A stretch of 64,000 nt of DNA, from positions 1 through 64,000 of the forward strand of contig JAXLQJ010000007.1 of NCBI GenBank assembly GCA_046331705.1, in the 5' to 3' direction. This stretch comes from a bacterium. Its GTDB lineage: Bacteria > JADJOY01. The notes beneath the pieces are model-generated. The model was not told where the DNA came from. It saw only the letters and a list, made by a program, of their open reading frames with translations, and searched no databases. This document shows, piece by piece, positions 30,529-39,830 of the stretch. Both the position numbers and the translations under genes were made by a program. Position 1 is the stretch's first letter. Every line of letters begins with the position of its first letter.

Positions 30529-30981
30529 ATGGTGAACAAGGCGGCCCTCGGCGCGACCGGGACACCGTTCGTCCTCGACGTGGAGCGCGGCAAGATCCAC
30601 GAGTTCGCCGCGGCCACCCACTCGAGCCACCCCGCCTACTTCGAGGGCGATCATCCCGTCTGCCCGCCGACGTTCCTGACCACGGCGTTCTTCTGGGAAA
30701 CACGCGTTCCCGGCAGCAACCCGTGGCAGCAAGTCGAGATGGACCCGAAACGCGGCATGCACGCCGAGCAAGAGTTCGTGTTCCACGGGCCACCGCCGCG
30801 CGCCGGAACCCGCCTGGTCGGCACCTCGCGGATCGAGAGCATCTTCGAGAAGCAGGGCAAGCGCGGCGGCACCATGACCTTCGCGGTGATGGTCACCGAG
30901 TGGCGCGACGAGTCGGGCAAGCTCGTCGCCGAGAGCCGCCTCACCGGCGTCGAGACCGCGAAGTCGCCCGAGGAGAGATGA
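30529..30981 (+). CDS. MaoC/FAS1-type hot-dog dehydratase partner subunit
   Basis: VERGKIHEFA, PPTF, MHAEQEFVF, GGTMTF. Confidence 0.85.
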   Translation: MVNKAALGATGTPFVLDVERGKIHEFAAATHSSHPAYFEGDHPVCPPTFLTTAFFWETRVPGSNPWQQVEMDPKRGMHAEQEFVFHGPPPRAGTRLVGTSRIESIFEKQGKRGGTMTFAVMVTEWRDESGKLVAESRLTGVETAKSPEER

Positions 30982-30984
30982 GCG

Positions 30985-31401
30985 ATGAGCGCCTCGTGGG
31001 ACTCGCTCGTGGAGGGCCAGGGGCCCGAGCCCTGGACCGTGGGGCCGATCACGCTCACGGACGTGGTGCGCTATCAGGGTGCCTCGGGCGACTTCAATCC
31101 GATCCATCACGACACCGATTTCGCGCAGGCCTCGGGCTTCAGCCGGCCGCTCGTGGTCGGCATGTTCCAGGCGGGCGTTCTCAACACCTACGGCGCCAAC
31201 TGGCTGGGTCCCGAGAACGTGCGGCGAACCAAGGTGCGCTGGAAGACGCCGCTCTTTCCCGGCGATCTCGTCACCTGCACCGGCAAGGTCACGCGGAAGT
31301 ATGCGGAGTCGGGTGAGCGACGCGTGGACGTGGAGCTCGTCTGCGCGACGCAGACCGGCGCCATCGCCGTCGAAGGCACGATGACGTTCGTGGTCCCCTG
31401 A
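30985..31401 (+). CDS. MaoC-family (R)-hydratase/dehydratase
   Basis: YQGASGDFNPIHHD (DxxxxH catalytic motif); PLFPGD. Confidence 0.9.
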   Translation: MSASWDSLVEGQGPEPWTVGPITLTDVVRYQGASGDFNPIHHDTDFAQASGFSRPLVVGMFQAGVLNTYGANWLGPENVRRTKVRWKTPLFPGDLVTCTGKVTRKYAESGERRVDVELVCATQTGAIAVEGTMTFVVP

Positions 31402-31460
31402 GTGCGCTCGGGCGGGGCTCCGTCCCCTGCCCTCAACCGCGGGTTCGAGGTCTCTCACCC

Positions 31461-32642
31461 ATGGACTTCGCGTTCACCGAGGCCGAACAACAGTTCCTCG
31501 CCGACGTCGACGAGTTCATCGCCGCGAACCGCTCGCCCGACGTGATGGACGTGACGCGCGAGAACATGGCGCAGCTCGTCGACACACCGCCGCGGCGCGC
31601 GCTGATGGGCAAGATCGGCGCGCGCGGCTGGCTGGGGCTCACCTGGCCGCGCGAGCACGGCGGGAGCGCGCAGAGCGGTGTCTACGAATACCTGCTCAAC
31701 GAGCGTCTCGCGCGGGTCGGCGCGCCGCAGATCGGCAAGGGCGTCGGCATCATCGGCAAGACCCTGATCCGCCACGGGAGCGAGAAGCTCAAGCGCGAGT
31801 TTCTGCCCAAGATCCTGCGCAACGAGATCGAGTTCGCGATCGGCTACAGCGAGCCGCAAGCCGGCTCGGACGCCGCGAACATGCAGTTGCGCGCCGTTCG
31901 CGAGGGCGACGGCTGGCGGCTCAACGGCCAGAAGATCTTCACCACCTCCGCGCATTTCGCCGACTGGTATTGGGTGGGTGCCCGCACCAACGTCGACGTC
32001 CCCAAGCACGCGGGCATCACGCTCTTCCTGCTGCCGATGAGATCGCCCGGGCTCACCGTCCAGTCCATGCCCACCATCGGCGACGAGATCACCAATCAGG
32101 TGTTCTTCGACGACGTCCACGTCGGTGACGATTACCGGGTGGGCGAGCTCGATCACGGATTTCAGTACATCTCCGAAGCGCTCGACCTCGAGCGGTTCAC
32201 GATGTTCACGTTCTCGCCCATCGAGGCGCGCGTCGAGCTCTTGTGCGAATGGGCCCGCACCGCCACCCGCGACGACGAGGCCATCAAGGACGATCCGTTG
32301 GTGCGCAGTCAGATCGCCAAGCTGGTCACCGAGACCGAGGTCGCGCGGGTCCTCGGCCTCAAGTTCGTGAACGCCGCGATGAAGGGCGGCGCCGCACCCA
32401 CCATCGAGGCCTCGACCTACAAGCTCTACGCCACCGAGCTCTCGAAGCGCGTCGCCGATGCCTCCATGGACCTCGCCAGCCCCGGCAGTCAGCTTCGCGT
32501 CGGCACCGACGACGCGCCGATGAAGGGGCGCGCCGAGAAGACCTATCGCTACACCGTCATCGACACCGTCGGCGGCGGCGCCTCCGAGATCCAGAAGAAC
32601 ATCATCAGCCGCCGCGGGCTGGGTCTGCCCCGGAACTACTGA
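31461..32642 (+). CDS. Acyl-CoA dehydrogenase, catalytic subunit (FadE26/FadE29-like)
   Basis: FAIGYSEPQAGSD, NGQKIFTT, PKHAGIT, LDLERF, GGGASEIQKNII, LGLPR. Confidence 0.92.
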   Translation: MDFAFTEAEQQFLADVDEFIAANRSPDVMDVTRENMAQLVDTPPRRALMGKIGARGWLGLTWPREHGGSAQSGVYEYLLNERLARVGAPQIGKGVGIIGKTLIRHGSEKLKREFLPKILRNEIEFAIGYSEPQAGSDAANMQLRAVREGDGWRLNGQKIFTTSAHFADWYWVGARTNVDVPKHAGITLFLLPMRSPGLTVQSMPTIGDEITNQVFFDDVHVGDDYRVGELDHGFQYISEALDLERFTMFTFSPIEARVELLCEWARTATRDDEAIKDDPLVRSQIAKLVTETEVARVLGLKFVNAAMKGGAAPTIEASTYKLYATELSKRVADASMDLASPGSQLRVGTDDAPMKGRAEKTYRYTVIDTVGGGASEIQKNIISRRGLGLPRNY

Positions 32643-32717
32643 GATGCGCCCTCGAACTGCACCCCGCTCGGCTGGAGGGCAACCGCTCCGTCGGTCGCCC
32701 CGGCAGCGATCCTCCCC

Positions 32718-33890
32718 ATGATCGGATCCACGGTTCGGCTCGACGGTGTGACGGTGCTCGATCTGGCGAGCGTCGGCCCGGCCGCGCGCGCCTCGCGCAT
32801 CCTCGCCGACTACGGCGCCACCGTCGTCAAGGTCAGCCCCACCGCCAAGAAGGGCGCCGTGCAGATCGAGCCGCCCTTCTTCAGCTACGGCGCAGGCCGG
32901 GGCATGAAGCGCGTTCGCATCGACCTCAAGGCACCCGAGGGCAAGGAAGCCTTCCTGGCCCTCGCCCGCACCGCCGACGTCGTGATCGAGAGCTATCGTC
33001 CCGGCGTGGTCGCGCGCCTCGGCATCGGCTGGGAGGCGCTCGAGCGCGTCAATCCGCGGGTGGTGCTGTGCTCGACGAGCGGCTACGGCCAGGACGGTCC
33101 GCGCGCCGCTTGGGCCGGTCACGACATCAACTACCTCGCCGCGGGTGGCTATCTGCACTGCTCGGGTCGGCGCGCCGACGGTGGGCCCGCCATCCCGGGC
33201 GCCACCGTCGCGGATAGCGCGGCTGGCGGCATGCACGCGGTCATCGCCATCCTCGCGGCGCTGCTCGAGCGCGAGCGCACCGGGCGCGGCGCGTGGCTCG
33301 ACGTGTCGATCGCCGATGGCGTCTTGCACCTCATGTCGCTCCACGTCGATCGATTCCTCGCCACCGGTGAGGAGCCGGGCCCCGGCGGCGACATCCTGAC
33401 GGGACGATACGCCTGCTACGACGTCTACCGCTGCCGCGACGATCGCTGGATCTCGGTGGGCGCCATCGAGCCCGCGTTCTTCGCGAATCTCTGCAGGGCG
33501 CTGGGCTGCGAGACCTGGATCCCGCACCAGCTCGACGACGCCAGGCAGGACGAGATCCGCGCCGCATTCGGTGCCGCGTTCGCGACCCGCGAGCGTGATG
33601 CGTGGATCGCCGAGCTGGCGCCCAAGGACACCTGCGTGGCGCCGGTGAGCACCATTCCCGAGGTCGCGTCCGATCCGCAGTTCGCTGCCCGCGGCGCCTT
33701 CACCGACGCCGAGCACCCCAAGCGCGGATCGTTCCGCCAGGTGAGCGAGGTGCTCGCCGGGAGACGCGCCGCGTTGCCCACGCACACCGTCCGCTCCGCC
33801 ACCGAAACCGACACCGCCGCGCTGCTCGCCGCCGCCGGCCTCCCGAGCGACCGGATCGAGGCACTTCGCCAAGCCGGCGCCATCGAGTGA
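32718..33890 (+). CDS. CaiB/BaiF family III CoA-transferase, alpha-methylacyl-CoA racemase-like
   Basis: LADYGA, ADVVIESYRPGV, GYGQDGP, GHDINY, VADSAAGGM. Confidence 0.88.
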   Translation: MIGSTVRLDGVTVLDLASVGPAARASRILADYGATVVKVSPTAKKGAVQIEPPFFSYGAGRGMKRVRIDLKAPEGKEAFLALARTADVVIESYRPGVVARLGIGWEALERVNPRVVLCSTSGYGQDGPRAAWAGHDINYLAAGGYLHCSGRRADGGPAIPGATVADSAAGGMHAVIAILAALLERERTGRGAWLDVSIADGVLHLMSLHVDRFLATGEEPGPGGDILTGRYACYDVYRCRDDRWISVGAIEPAFFANLCRALGCETWIPHQLDDARQDEIRAAFGAAFATRERDAWIAELAPKDTCVAPVSTIPEVASDPQFAARGAFTDAEHPKRGSFRQVSEVLAGRRAALPTHTVRSATETDTAALLAAAGLPSDRIEALRQAGAIE

Positions 33891-33911
33891 TCAACCCGCT
33901 GGAGAGACCCG

Positions 33912-34427
33912 ATGTCCGAGCCCCTGCCCGAAGAAGTGAGATCCTGGATCGATCAGATCCGCTACGAGGAAGAGCCCGAGTTCGAGATCGAGAAGGGCTA
34001 CGTCTACTCGAGCTGCTCGTCGACCCAGAACGGCAACCCCCTCTTCTGGGACGAGACCGTCGCCCGCGAGATCACCGGCGGGCTCATGACGCCGCCCTCG
34101 ATGCTCTCGGTCTGGTTTCGCCCGCACCACTGGGCTCCCGGCCGCACCAAGCAGCGCCTGCCGCTCCAGGTCCACTTCGACCTCAAGGAGAAGCTCGGCC
34201 TGCCGGAGGCGGTGATGACCGACAACGAGGTCGTCTTCTACGAGCCGGTGCGTCCCGGCGACAACCTGCGCACCCACCAGATCCTGCGCTCGGTGAGCGA
34301 TCTCAAGAAGACCAAGCTCGGCCTGGGACGCTTCTGGGTGATCGACGTCGAGTACTTCAACCAACACGACGTGATGGTCGGCAAGGAGATCTACACCGGC
34401 CTCGGCTACCGGCGGGGGAGCGCATGA
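33912..34427 (+). CDS. MaoC-like hot-dog subunit (ChsH2 N-domain-like, no DUF35)
   Basis: GNPLFWDE, TPPSML, PVRPGD, KKTKLGLGRF. Confidence 0.8.
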   Translation: MSEPLPEEVRSWIDQIRYEEEPEFEIEKGYVYSSCSSTQNGNPLFWDETVAREITGGLMTPPSMLSVWFRPHHWAPGRTKQRLPLQVHFDLKEKLGLPEAVMTDNEVVFYEPVRPGDNLRTHQILRSVSDLKKTKLGLGRFWVIDVEYFNQHDVMVGKEIYTGLGYRRGSA

Positions 34428-34906
34428 CCACACCGGTGAAGATCACACTGGATCAGGTGAAGCCCGGCGACGTGCTGCCGGAGCTCGCGCACGACGTCAG
34501 CGCCACCACGGTGGTGCTGGGCAGCCTCGCGACCCGCGACTGGCGCCCCATGCACCACGACAAGGATTTCGCGATCCAGCGCAACGGCGTGCGCGACATC
34601 TTCCTCAACACGCCCAACCAGGCCGCGTGGTTCGAGCGCTACGTGACGGACTGGACCGGCCCGCACGGGCGGCTGGGACGCATGAAGTTCCGCATGAAGG
34701 ACTCGGTCTTCCCGGGCGATCGGATGGTGTTCCGGGCGAGTGTCGAGAAGGTCGAGACCGACGACGTGGGCTGCGGCTGGGCGACGCTCGACGTGAAGCT
34801 CGGCGTCGGCGAGAAGGTCATGACCGAGTGCAAGGTGCGGGTCGCGCTGCCGACGACCGTCGCCGACAATCCCTGGCGCCGCAAGGGCGCCGATTGGAAG
34901 CCGTGA
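34424..34906 (+). CDS. MaoC-like hydratase (ChsH1-like)
   Basis: ATRDWRPMHHDKDFA, DIFLN, RYVTDWTGP, FPGD; ATGA overlap with the upstream gene. Confidence 0.82.
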   Translation: MTTPVKITLDQVKPGDVLPELAHDVSATTVVLGSLATRDWRPMHHDKDFAIQRNGVRDIFLNTPNQAAWFERYVTDWTGPHGRLGRMKFRMKDSVFPGDRMVFRASVEKVETDDVGCGWATLDVKLGVGEKVMTECKVRVALPTTVADNPWRRKGADWKP

Positions 34907-34999
34907 GCGTCTGACCGGATGGAGGGCCGCGGTCCCTCGCGGCCACCCGACGTCACGTGGCGGCCGAGGGACCGGCCGTCCGCGCGTGCGAGGTGATCG

Positions 35000-36145
35000 A
35001 TGGATCTCGAGTTCAACGACGAACAGAACATGCTGCGCGACATGGTGCGCGGCGTTTGTGACCAGTACGCGTCGCTCGCCGCGCTGCGAAAGCTCGAGGA
35101 CGATCCCGTTGGGTTTTCGCCGGAGCTGTGGAAGAAGCTGGGCGAGCTCGGGGTTCTCGGTCTGACGCTGCCGGAGGCGTACGGCGGCTCGGGCCAGTCG
35201 GCCCTCGAGGCGGTGGTGGTCTACGAGGAGTTCGGCCGCGCGCTCGCTCCCTCGCCTCATTTCGTGAGCTGCGTCGCGAGCGCCGGCGCGATCCTACGCG
35301 CCGGGAGCGAGAGCCAGAAGCGGGCGTGGCTGCCCAAGATCGCCTCGGGCGAAGCGATCCTGACCCCGGCATGGCTCGAGCCCGATCGCGGTTACGGCCC
35401 CAAGGGGGTCCAGCTTCGTGCCCGAGTCGACGGTGACACCGTGGTCCTCGACGGCGTGAAGCGTCACGTGCTGTTCGCGTCCTCCGCCGCGCGCTTGGTG
35501 GTGCTGGCGCGCAGCGGCGACGCGCCGGAGGCGATCGATCTGCTGCTGGTCGACCCTACGAGCCCGGGCGTCACCCTCGTCCAGCAGCGCACGCTGGGCT
35601 CCGACTGCCAATACCAGGTTCGCTTCGACAACGTGCGCGTCCCCGCGGCGGATCGCATCGGCGGCGCCGGCAGCGGCTGGGCGACCTGGCACGACACGCT
35701 CCTGGAAGGAATCATCTACCTCGCCGCGCAGTCCGCCGGCGGCGCCGAGCGGGCGCTCGAGATGACCAACCACTACGCCAAGATTCGCGAGCAATTCGGC
35801 AAGCCGATCGGCGCCTTCATGGCGATCGCCCATTACCTCGCCGATTGCGCGACGCTGGTGAGCGGCGGGCGAACGCTGGTGCACGAGGCGGCGTGGGCGC
35901 GCGCCACCGGCCGTCCCATCGAGCGACTGGCGCCGATGGCCAAGCTCTTCGCCTGCCAGATGTTCCGCGACGTCACGGCCAAGGCCGAGCAGATCCACGG
36001 CGGCATCGGCTTCACCATCGAGCACGACATCCAGCTCTACTTCCGGCGCGCCAAGCAATGGCAGCTCTCGTGGTGGGACTCGCGCTATCTCGAGGAGCTG
36101 GTGGCGCACACCGTGCTCGACGCGCCCACCCCCTGCATCGTCTGA
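35000..36145 (+). CDS. Acyl-CoA dehydrogenase, partner subunit (FadE27/FadE28-like)
   Basis: EEFGRALAPSP, REQFGKPIGAF, QIHGGIGF, QLYFRRAK; lacks the SEPxxGSD motif. Confidence 0.9.
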   Translation: MDLEFNDEQNMLRDMVRGVCDQYASLAALRKLEDDPVGFSPELWKKLGELGVLGLTLPEAYGGSGQSALEAVVVYEEFGRALAPSPHFVSCVASAGAILRAGSESQKRAWLPKIASGEAILTPAWLEPDRGYGPKGVQLRARVDGDTVVLDGVKRHVLFASSAARLVVLARSGDAPEAIDLLLVDPTSPGVTLVQQRTLGSDCQYQVRFDNVRVPAADRIGGAGSGWATWHDTLLEGIIYLAAQSAGGAERALEMTNHYAKIREQFGKPIGAFMAIAHYLADCATLVSGGRTLVHEAAWARATGRPIERLAPMAKLFACQMFRDVTAKAEQIHGGIGFTIEHDIQLYFRRAKQWQLSWWDSRYLEELVAHTVLDAPTPCIV

Positions 36146-36192
36146 GCGCGGGGCGGATCGCACCTACGCGCGCCGCCACGGCGGCGTGCGGT

Positions 36193-36894
36193 TCAGCGTG
36201 GCTCGGAGCCCGCGCGCGCGCCGCCCGCGTCGCCGCCGACCAGCAACGACGCCGCGAGCCGGACCGCGGACCCTTCCACCCGTAGCGAGCGCGGCTCGAT
36301 CCGCCCAGCCTGAATGCCCGGACCGAGGGCGAGCACGCGCGGGCTCGCCGAGCGTCCCTCGCCCGTGCTGGTGAAGCTCACGTTCGACCCGAAGAGCGCG
36401 TCGAGGCCGCGTGGCTCGGTGGCGCGGATCTGCTGGCGGATCCAATCCGCGAGCCGGTCGGCGAAGAGCGGCGTGTCGACGAAGACCTGCAGGCGATCCG
36501 CGCGCCATGCGTTCCGCCCGACCAGCACGGGGCGGCCGCGGATCTGGATCGTGCCGACGTTCGGCGCTGGCACGAGCGAGATCACGAGGTCGCCGTTCGC
36601 GGTGCCGACCGCCACCGACGCGACGCTGAGCCTCCAATCGGTTCCCGGCACGACGAAGACGGCACCGGGCGCGCGTGCAAGCGCGGCGAGGCGGCGCCCC
36701 AGGTCGACCGTCGTGATCGACGCCTCGGCGGCTTCGCTCGTGGGCTCGACCGGCGTGACCGTGCGCACGGGGCTCGGTTTGCGAGCCGGAGCACGCGCGG
36801 GCCGACGGGTCTCGGCGGGCGCCGGGCGAGCGGCGGCGAGGAGCGTGAGACAGGTCACGCCCAGCACCCAGGCACGCGCCGCGGATCGCCTCAT
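36193..36894 (-). CDS. Hypothetical secreted protein
   Basis: MRRSAARAWVLGVTCLTLLAAA signal-like N-terminus; GC3-biased frame filling the gap between neighbours. Confidence 0.55.
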   Translation of the reverse strand: MRRSAARAWVLGVTCLTLLAAARPAPAETRRPARAPARKPSPVRTVTPVEPTSEAAEASITTVDLGRRLAALARAPGAVFVVPGTDWRLSVASVAVGTANGDLVISLVPAPNVGTIQIRGRPVLVGRNAWRADRLQVFVDTPLFADRLADWIRQQIRATEPRGLDALFGSNVSFTSTGEGRSASPRVLALGPGIQAGRIEPRSLRVEGSAVRLAASLLVGGDAGGARAGSEPR

Positions 36895-36997
36895 CGACTC
36901 GAAAGATAACCGCGACCGACCGTCGCGATGCGAATCGTCTTGAATCGCACGCGTCAACTTGGGTACACGTGGCGGGTCGCGGTGCGAGGAGAGGCTC

Positions 36998-38302
36998 ATG
37001 CTCGATGCGGTGGTGATCGGCGCGGGAATGGCGGGAATCACGGCGGCACGCGAGCTGGCGCGGCAAGGCCTCTCGGTGCGCGTGCTCGAGGCACGGGATC
37101 GGGTGGGTGGTCGCGTGTGGTCGATCCGCGATCTCGCGGACGATCCCATCGAGGCAGGCGCCGAGTTCGTCCATGGGGTCGGCGCAGCCACCTGGCCCGA
37201 GGTCCGCGCTGCGGGAGTGGGCACCCGCCCCACACCCAACATGCGCGGCTTCATGTTCAACGTGGGCGGCAAGACCAACTGGCTGCCGCTGATCCTCCTG
37301 CACCCCGAGATCTGGCCCACGTTCCCCATCCTCCAGCAGATCCGGCGCGTGCGTCCCCCCGACATCACGGGACGCGAGTTCCTGGACCGCAAGGGCTATC
37401 GCGGCCGCGGGCGCGCCCTCGCCTCGATGGTGCTCACGGCGCATCTTCCCGCGAGCATCGACGAGGTCGGGCTGCTCGGTCTGGTCGACGATGGCGTCGT
37501 TCACCTCGAGAGCGGCGTGAACCACCGCGTGGCCGGCGGCTACGACGCGGTGATCCAGTTCATGGGGAAGGAGCTCGAGATCACCCACGGATTCGCCGTG
37601 GATTCCGTGCGCTGGGCACGCGAGCGCGTCACGGTGCGCAGCACCGCCGGCGAGGAGATCCAGGCGCGCACGGCGATCACCACCCTACCGGTCGGCGTGC
37701 TCAAGTCGGGCCGGATTCGATTCGAGCCCGAGCTGCCCGAGTCGAAACGATCGGCGCTCGACCGCCTGGTGATGGGTCCGGTGAGCAAGATCCTGCTCGC
37801 GTTTCGGGAGCCGTTCTGGCCCGACGCGCTCAACACCCTCGCCTGTGCCGTCGGCCCGGTCACGCTCTTCTGGAACGTGTTCTACGGCGCCGGTCGGCGC
37901 CCGCCGGTGCTCACCGCCTACTTCACCGGCCCCCGGGCGGCCCACGTCGCATCGCTCGGCGACGACGCGGCGCTCGAGCTGGTGCTCGCGGATCTGGTGC
38001 GCCATTTCCCGAAAGCCCGGCCACGCGAGCTCTTGAGCGGGTTTCGGCGCATCGATTGGTCGAACGATCCGTTCGCGTGCGGCGGCTACACGTTCCTGCG
38101 GCCGGGTGGCGTCGGTGCTCGCAAGGACCTCGCCGCGCCCAACACCGGCGCCCTCTTCTGGGCCGGCTCCGCCACCGAGTCGACGCCCATCGCCGCAACC
38201 GTCGAGGCCGCCTACCTGAGCGGCAAGCGCGCCGCGCTCCAAGCGCTGGCGCTTTCCAGCAACCAGGTGCCGAGCGCCTTTCCCGACGACCGCACTCGCT
38301 GA
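36998..38302 (+). CDS. Flavin-containing amine oxidase family protein
   Basis: VIGAGMAGITAA, LEARDRVGGR, EAGAEFVHG, ITTLPVGVL, WSNDPFACGGY; RBS GAGGAGAGG. Confidence 0.9.
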   Translation: MLDAVVIGAGMAGITAARELARQGLSVRVLEARDRVGGRVWSIRDLADDPIEAGAEFVHGVGAATWPEVRAAGVGTRPTPNMRGFMFNVGGKTNWLPLILLHPEIWPTFPILQQIRRVRPPDITGREFLDRKGYRGRGRALASMVLTAHLPASIDEVGLLGLVDDGVVHLESGVNHRVAGGYDAVIQFMGKELEITHGFAVDSVRWARERVTVRSTAGEEIQARTAITTLPVGVLKSGRIRFEPELPESKRSALDRLVMGPVSKILLAFREPFWPDALNTLACAVGPVTLFWNVFYGAGRRPPVLTAYFTGPRAAHVASLGDDAALELVLADLVRHFPKARPRELLSGFRRIDWSNDPFACGGYTFLRPGGVGARKDLAAPNTGALFWAGSATESTPIAATVEAAYLSGKRAALQALALSSNQVPSAFPDDRTR

Positions 38303-38480
38303 GACGGCACGCTTCGCTCCGCCCGAGCGGGCGGAAGTTCTGTCCTACCTCGGCATTTCGGGCCGGGCCAACGTGGCCGACTCACGGGAGCACGGCGGCG
38401 CCGCCGCTCGGCGCTGGCGTCTGCGGCGGCGCGTGCCGAGGCCCCATGCGGGTCCGGTGATCGCCGGGTTTCGATCGTCA

Positions 38481-38493
38481 TATCAGTGACTTG
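38481..38493 (+). promoter_or_regulatory. Candidate IHF-binding site
   Basis: TATCAGTGACTTG matches WATCARnnnnTTR and ends about 70 nt upstream of the sigma54 motif. Confidence 0.5.
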
Positions 38494-38565
38494 AGCAAGC
38501 GGGCTCGGAACGCGCGAGCGCCGTCCGCGGCTGCGGTTCCGGGGATGGCCGCACGGCTTCCGCCC

Positions 38566-38581
38566 TGGCGCGGCACTTGCT
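38566..38581 (+). promoter_or_regulatory. Sigma54 (-24/-12) promoter
   Basis: TGGCGCGGCACTTGCT: GG-N10-GC with TGGC...TTGCT, 36 nt upstream of the ATG at 38618. Confidence 0.7.
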
Positions 38582-38617
38582 CAACCGTGCCCGAACCATT
38601 CGGGCGCGGAACAGTCG

Positions 38618-39214
38618 ATGGATTCGTGGCTCAACCTTTCCAGGGAAGACGCCCAGCTCTTCATGGGCGATTACCGCAATCGCGTGACCGGCGTGCCGGT
38701 CACCGCGAAGAACCGCCAGCCGGTGCGCGCGGTGATGGCGGCGGCGACCCGCGGCGGCACGGTGCTGGACGTGGGTTGCGCGAAGGGCGCCGAGATCCGC
38801 CAGCTCTTCGATCCCGCGCTCTACCTCGGAGTCGACATCTCGCCCCAGCTCATCGACCTGGCGCGGGAGCTCAACCCCGGCTTCCGCTTCTTGCAGGCCG
38901 ATGCCACGCGGCTGCCTTTCGCCGACGACAGCTTCGACTTCGCGATCTCGAAATCGGTTCTCGAGCACGTGCCCTCCGAGGAGGTCGCCGTGGCGATCTT
39001 TCGCGAGCTGGCGCGCGTCGGGCGCCGCGCGATCGTCGTCTGGCACACCCCGCCGATCTACGACGAGACCGAGATCATCGTGCTTCACGGCTACATCCCG
39101 AGCCCGCTCTACCAGAACCACTACGCCCGTCGCGCGTTCGCGTTCGACGATCTGAGAATCGACCGGAGAAGAATCGATGACGCGTTCGAGCTCTGGACTG
39201 TTGAACGTCTTTGA
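38618..39214 (+). CDS. Class I SAM-dependent methyltransferase
   Basis: VLDVGCAKG, GVDIS, ADATRLPFADDSFD, VLEHV. Confidence 0.88.
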   Translation: MDSWLNLSREDAQLFMGDYRNRVTGVPVTAKNRQPVRAVMAAATRGGTVLDVGCAKGAEIRQLFDPALYLGVDISPQLIDLARELNPGFRFLQADATRLPFADDSFDFAISKSVLEHVPSEEVAVAIFRELARVGRRAIVVWHTPPIYDETEIIVLHGYIPSPLYQNHYARRAFAFDDLRIDRRRIDDAFELWTVERL

Positions 39215-39830
39215 GGACTTCTGTCCCCAAGACGGCGACACGGCGTTGCTGGTGACGGGCGCCGACTATCAGCACCACACCGAGATCCGCGAGGCCCGCT
39301 ATCACCTCGCGGACGGCGTGGTGGTGATCGAGTCGTCGCGACTCGTCCGCAGCGGCACGCACCTGCGCCTCGGCAACGTCTTCGAGGGCGCCCTGACCTA
39401 CAGCGATGCCGGCCGCATCACGAGCGACTTGTCCTTCCCGTCGCGCGGCTACGTCGAGCAGCCGTTTCGAAGCGAGGACGGTCTCTTCTACACCCAGGAC
39501 AGCGAGATCTGGCTCAACGGCCTCCCCTTCATCGGCCGCTTCGACGGTTACGACGAGGTCTGCCATCCCACGGTCCACGAGCGCTGGGTCTACTTCGAGG
39601 CGAAGCGCGTCGACCCGGCGTTCCCGGGAAGCGCCCAGGGTTGGCAGGTGTTGCGTCGCCACCTCGACGAGGGGGTGACGGAGCTGGTGCTCGCCCACGG
39701 TGCCAATCCGTACGTCCACGGCGGGCTTCTCTTCCACAGCCGCTGGAACGCCGCGAAGGTCGCGTTCGAGACCGCGGCGGTTCCCCTTCCCGGCGCGGCG
39801 CCCGCAGTCGCGCTCCGAGGTGCCGCATGA
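39177..39830 (+). CDS. Hypothetical protein
   Basis: 217-aa ORF overlapping both neighbours; strong GC3 bias; aromatic/beta-rich; no family recognised. Confidence 0.7.
   Translation: MTRSSSGLLNVFEDFCPQDGDTALLVTGADYQHHTEIREARYHLADGVVVIESSRLVRSGTHLRLGNVFEGALTYSDAGRITSDLSFPSRGYVEQPFRSEDGLFYTQDSEIWLNGLPFIGRFDGYDEVCHPTVHERWVYFEAKRVDPAFPGSAQGWQVLRRHLDEGVTELVLAHGANPYVHGGLLFHSRWNAAKVAFETAAVPLPGAAPAVALRGAA

Noticed and set aside
34915-34985. Imperfect GC hairpin between the MaoC and ACAD genes (smaller ones at about 31430 and 32650)
   Set aside because: Imperfect, dissimilar to one another and without a U-tract; at most mRNA stabilisers.
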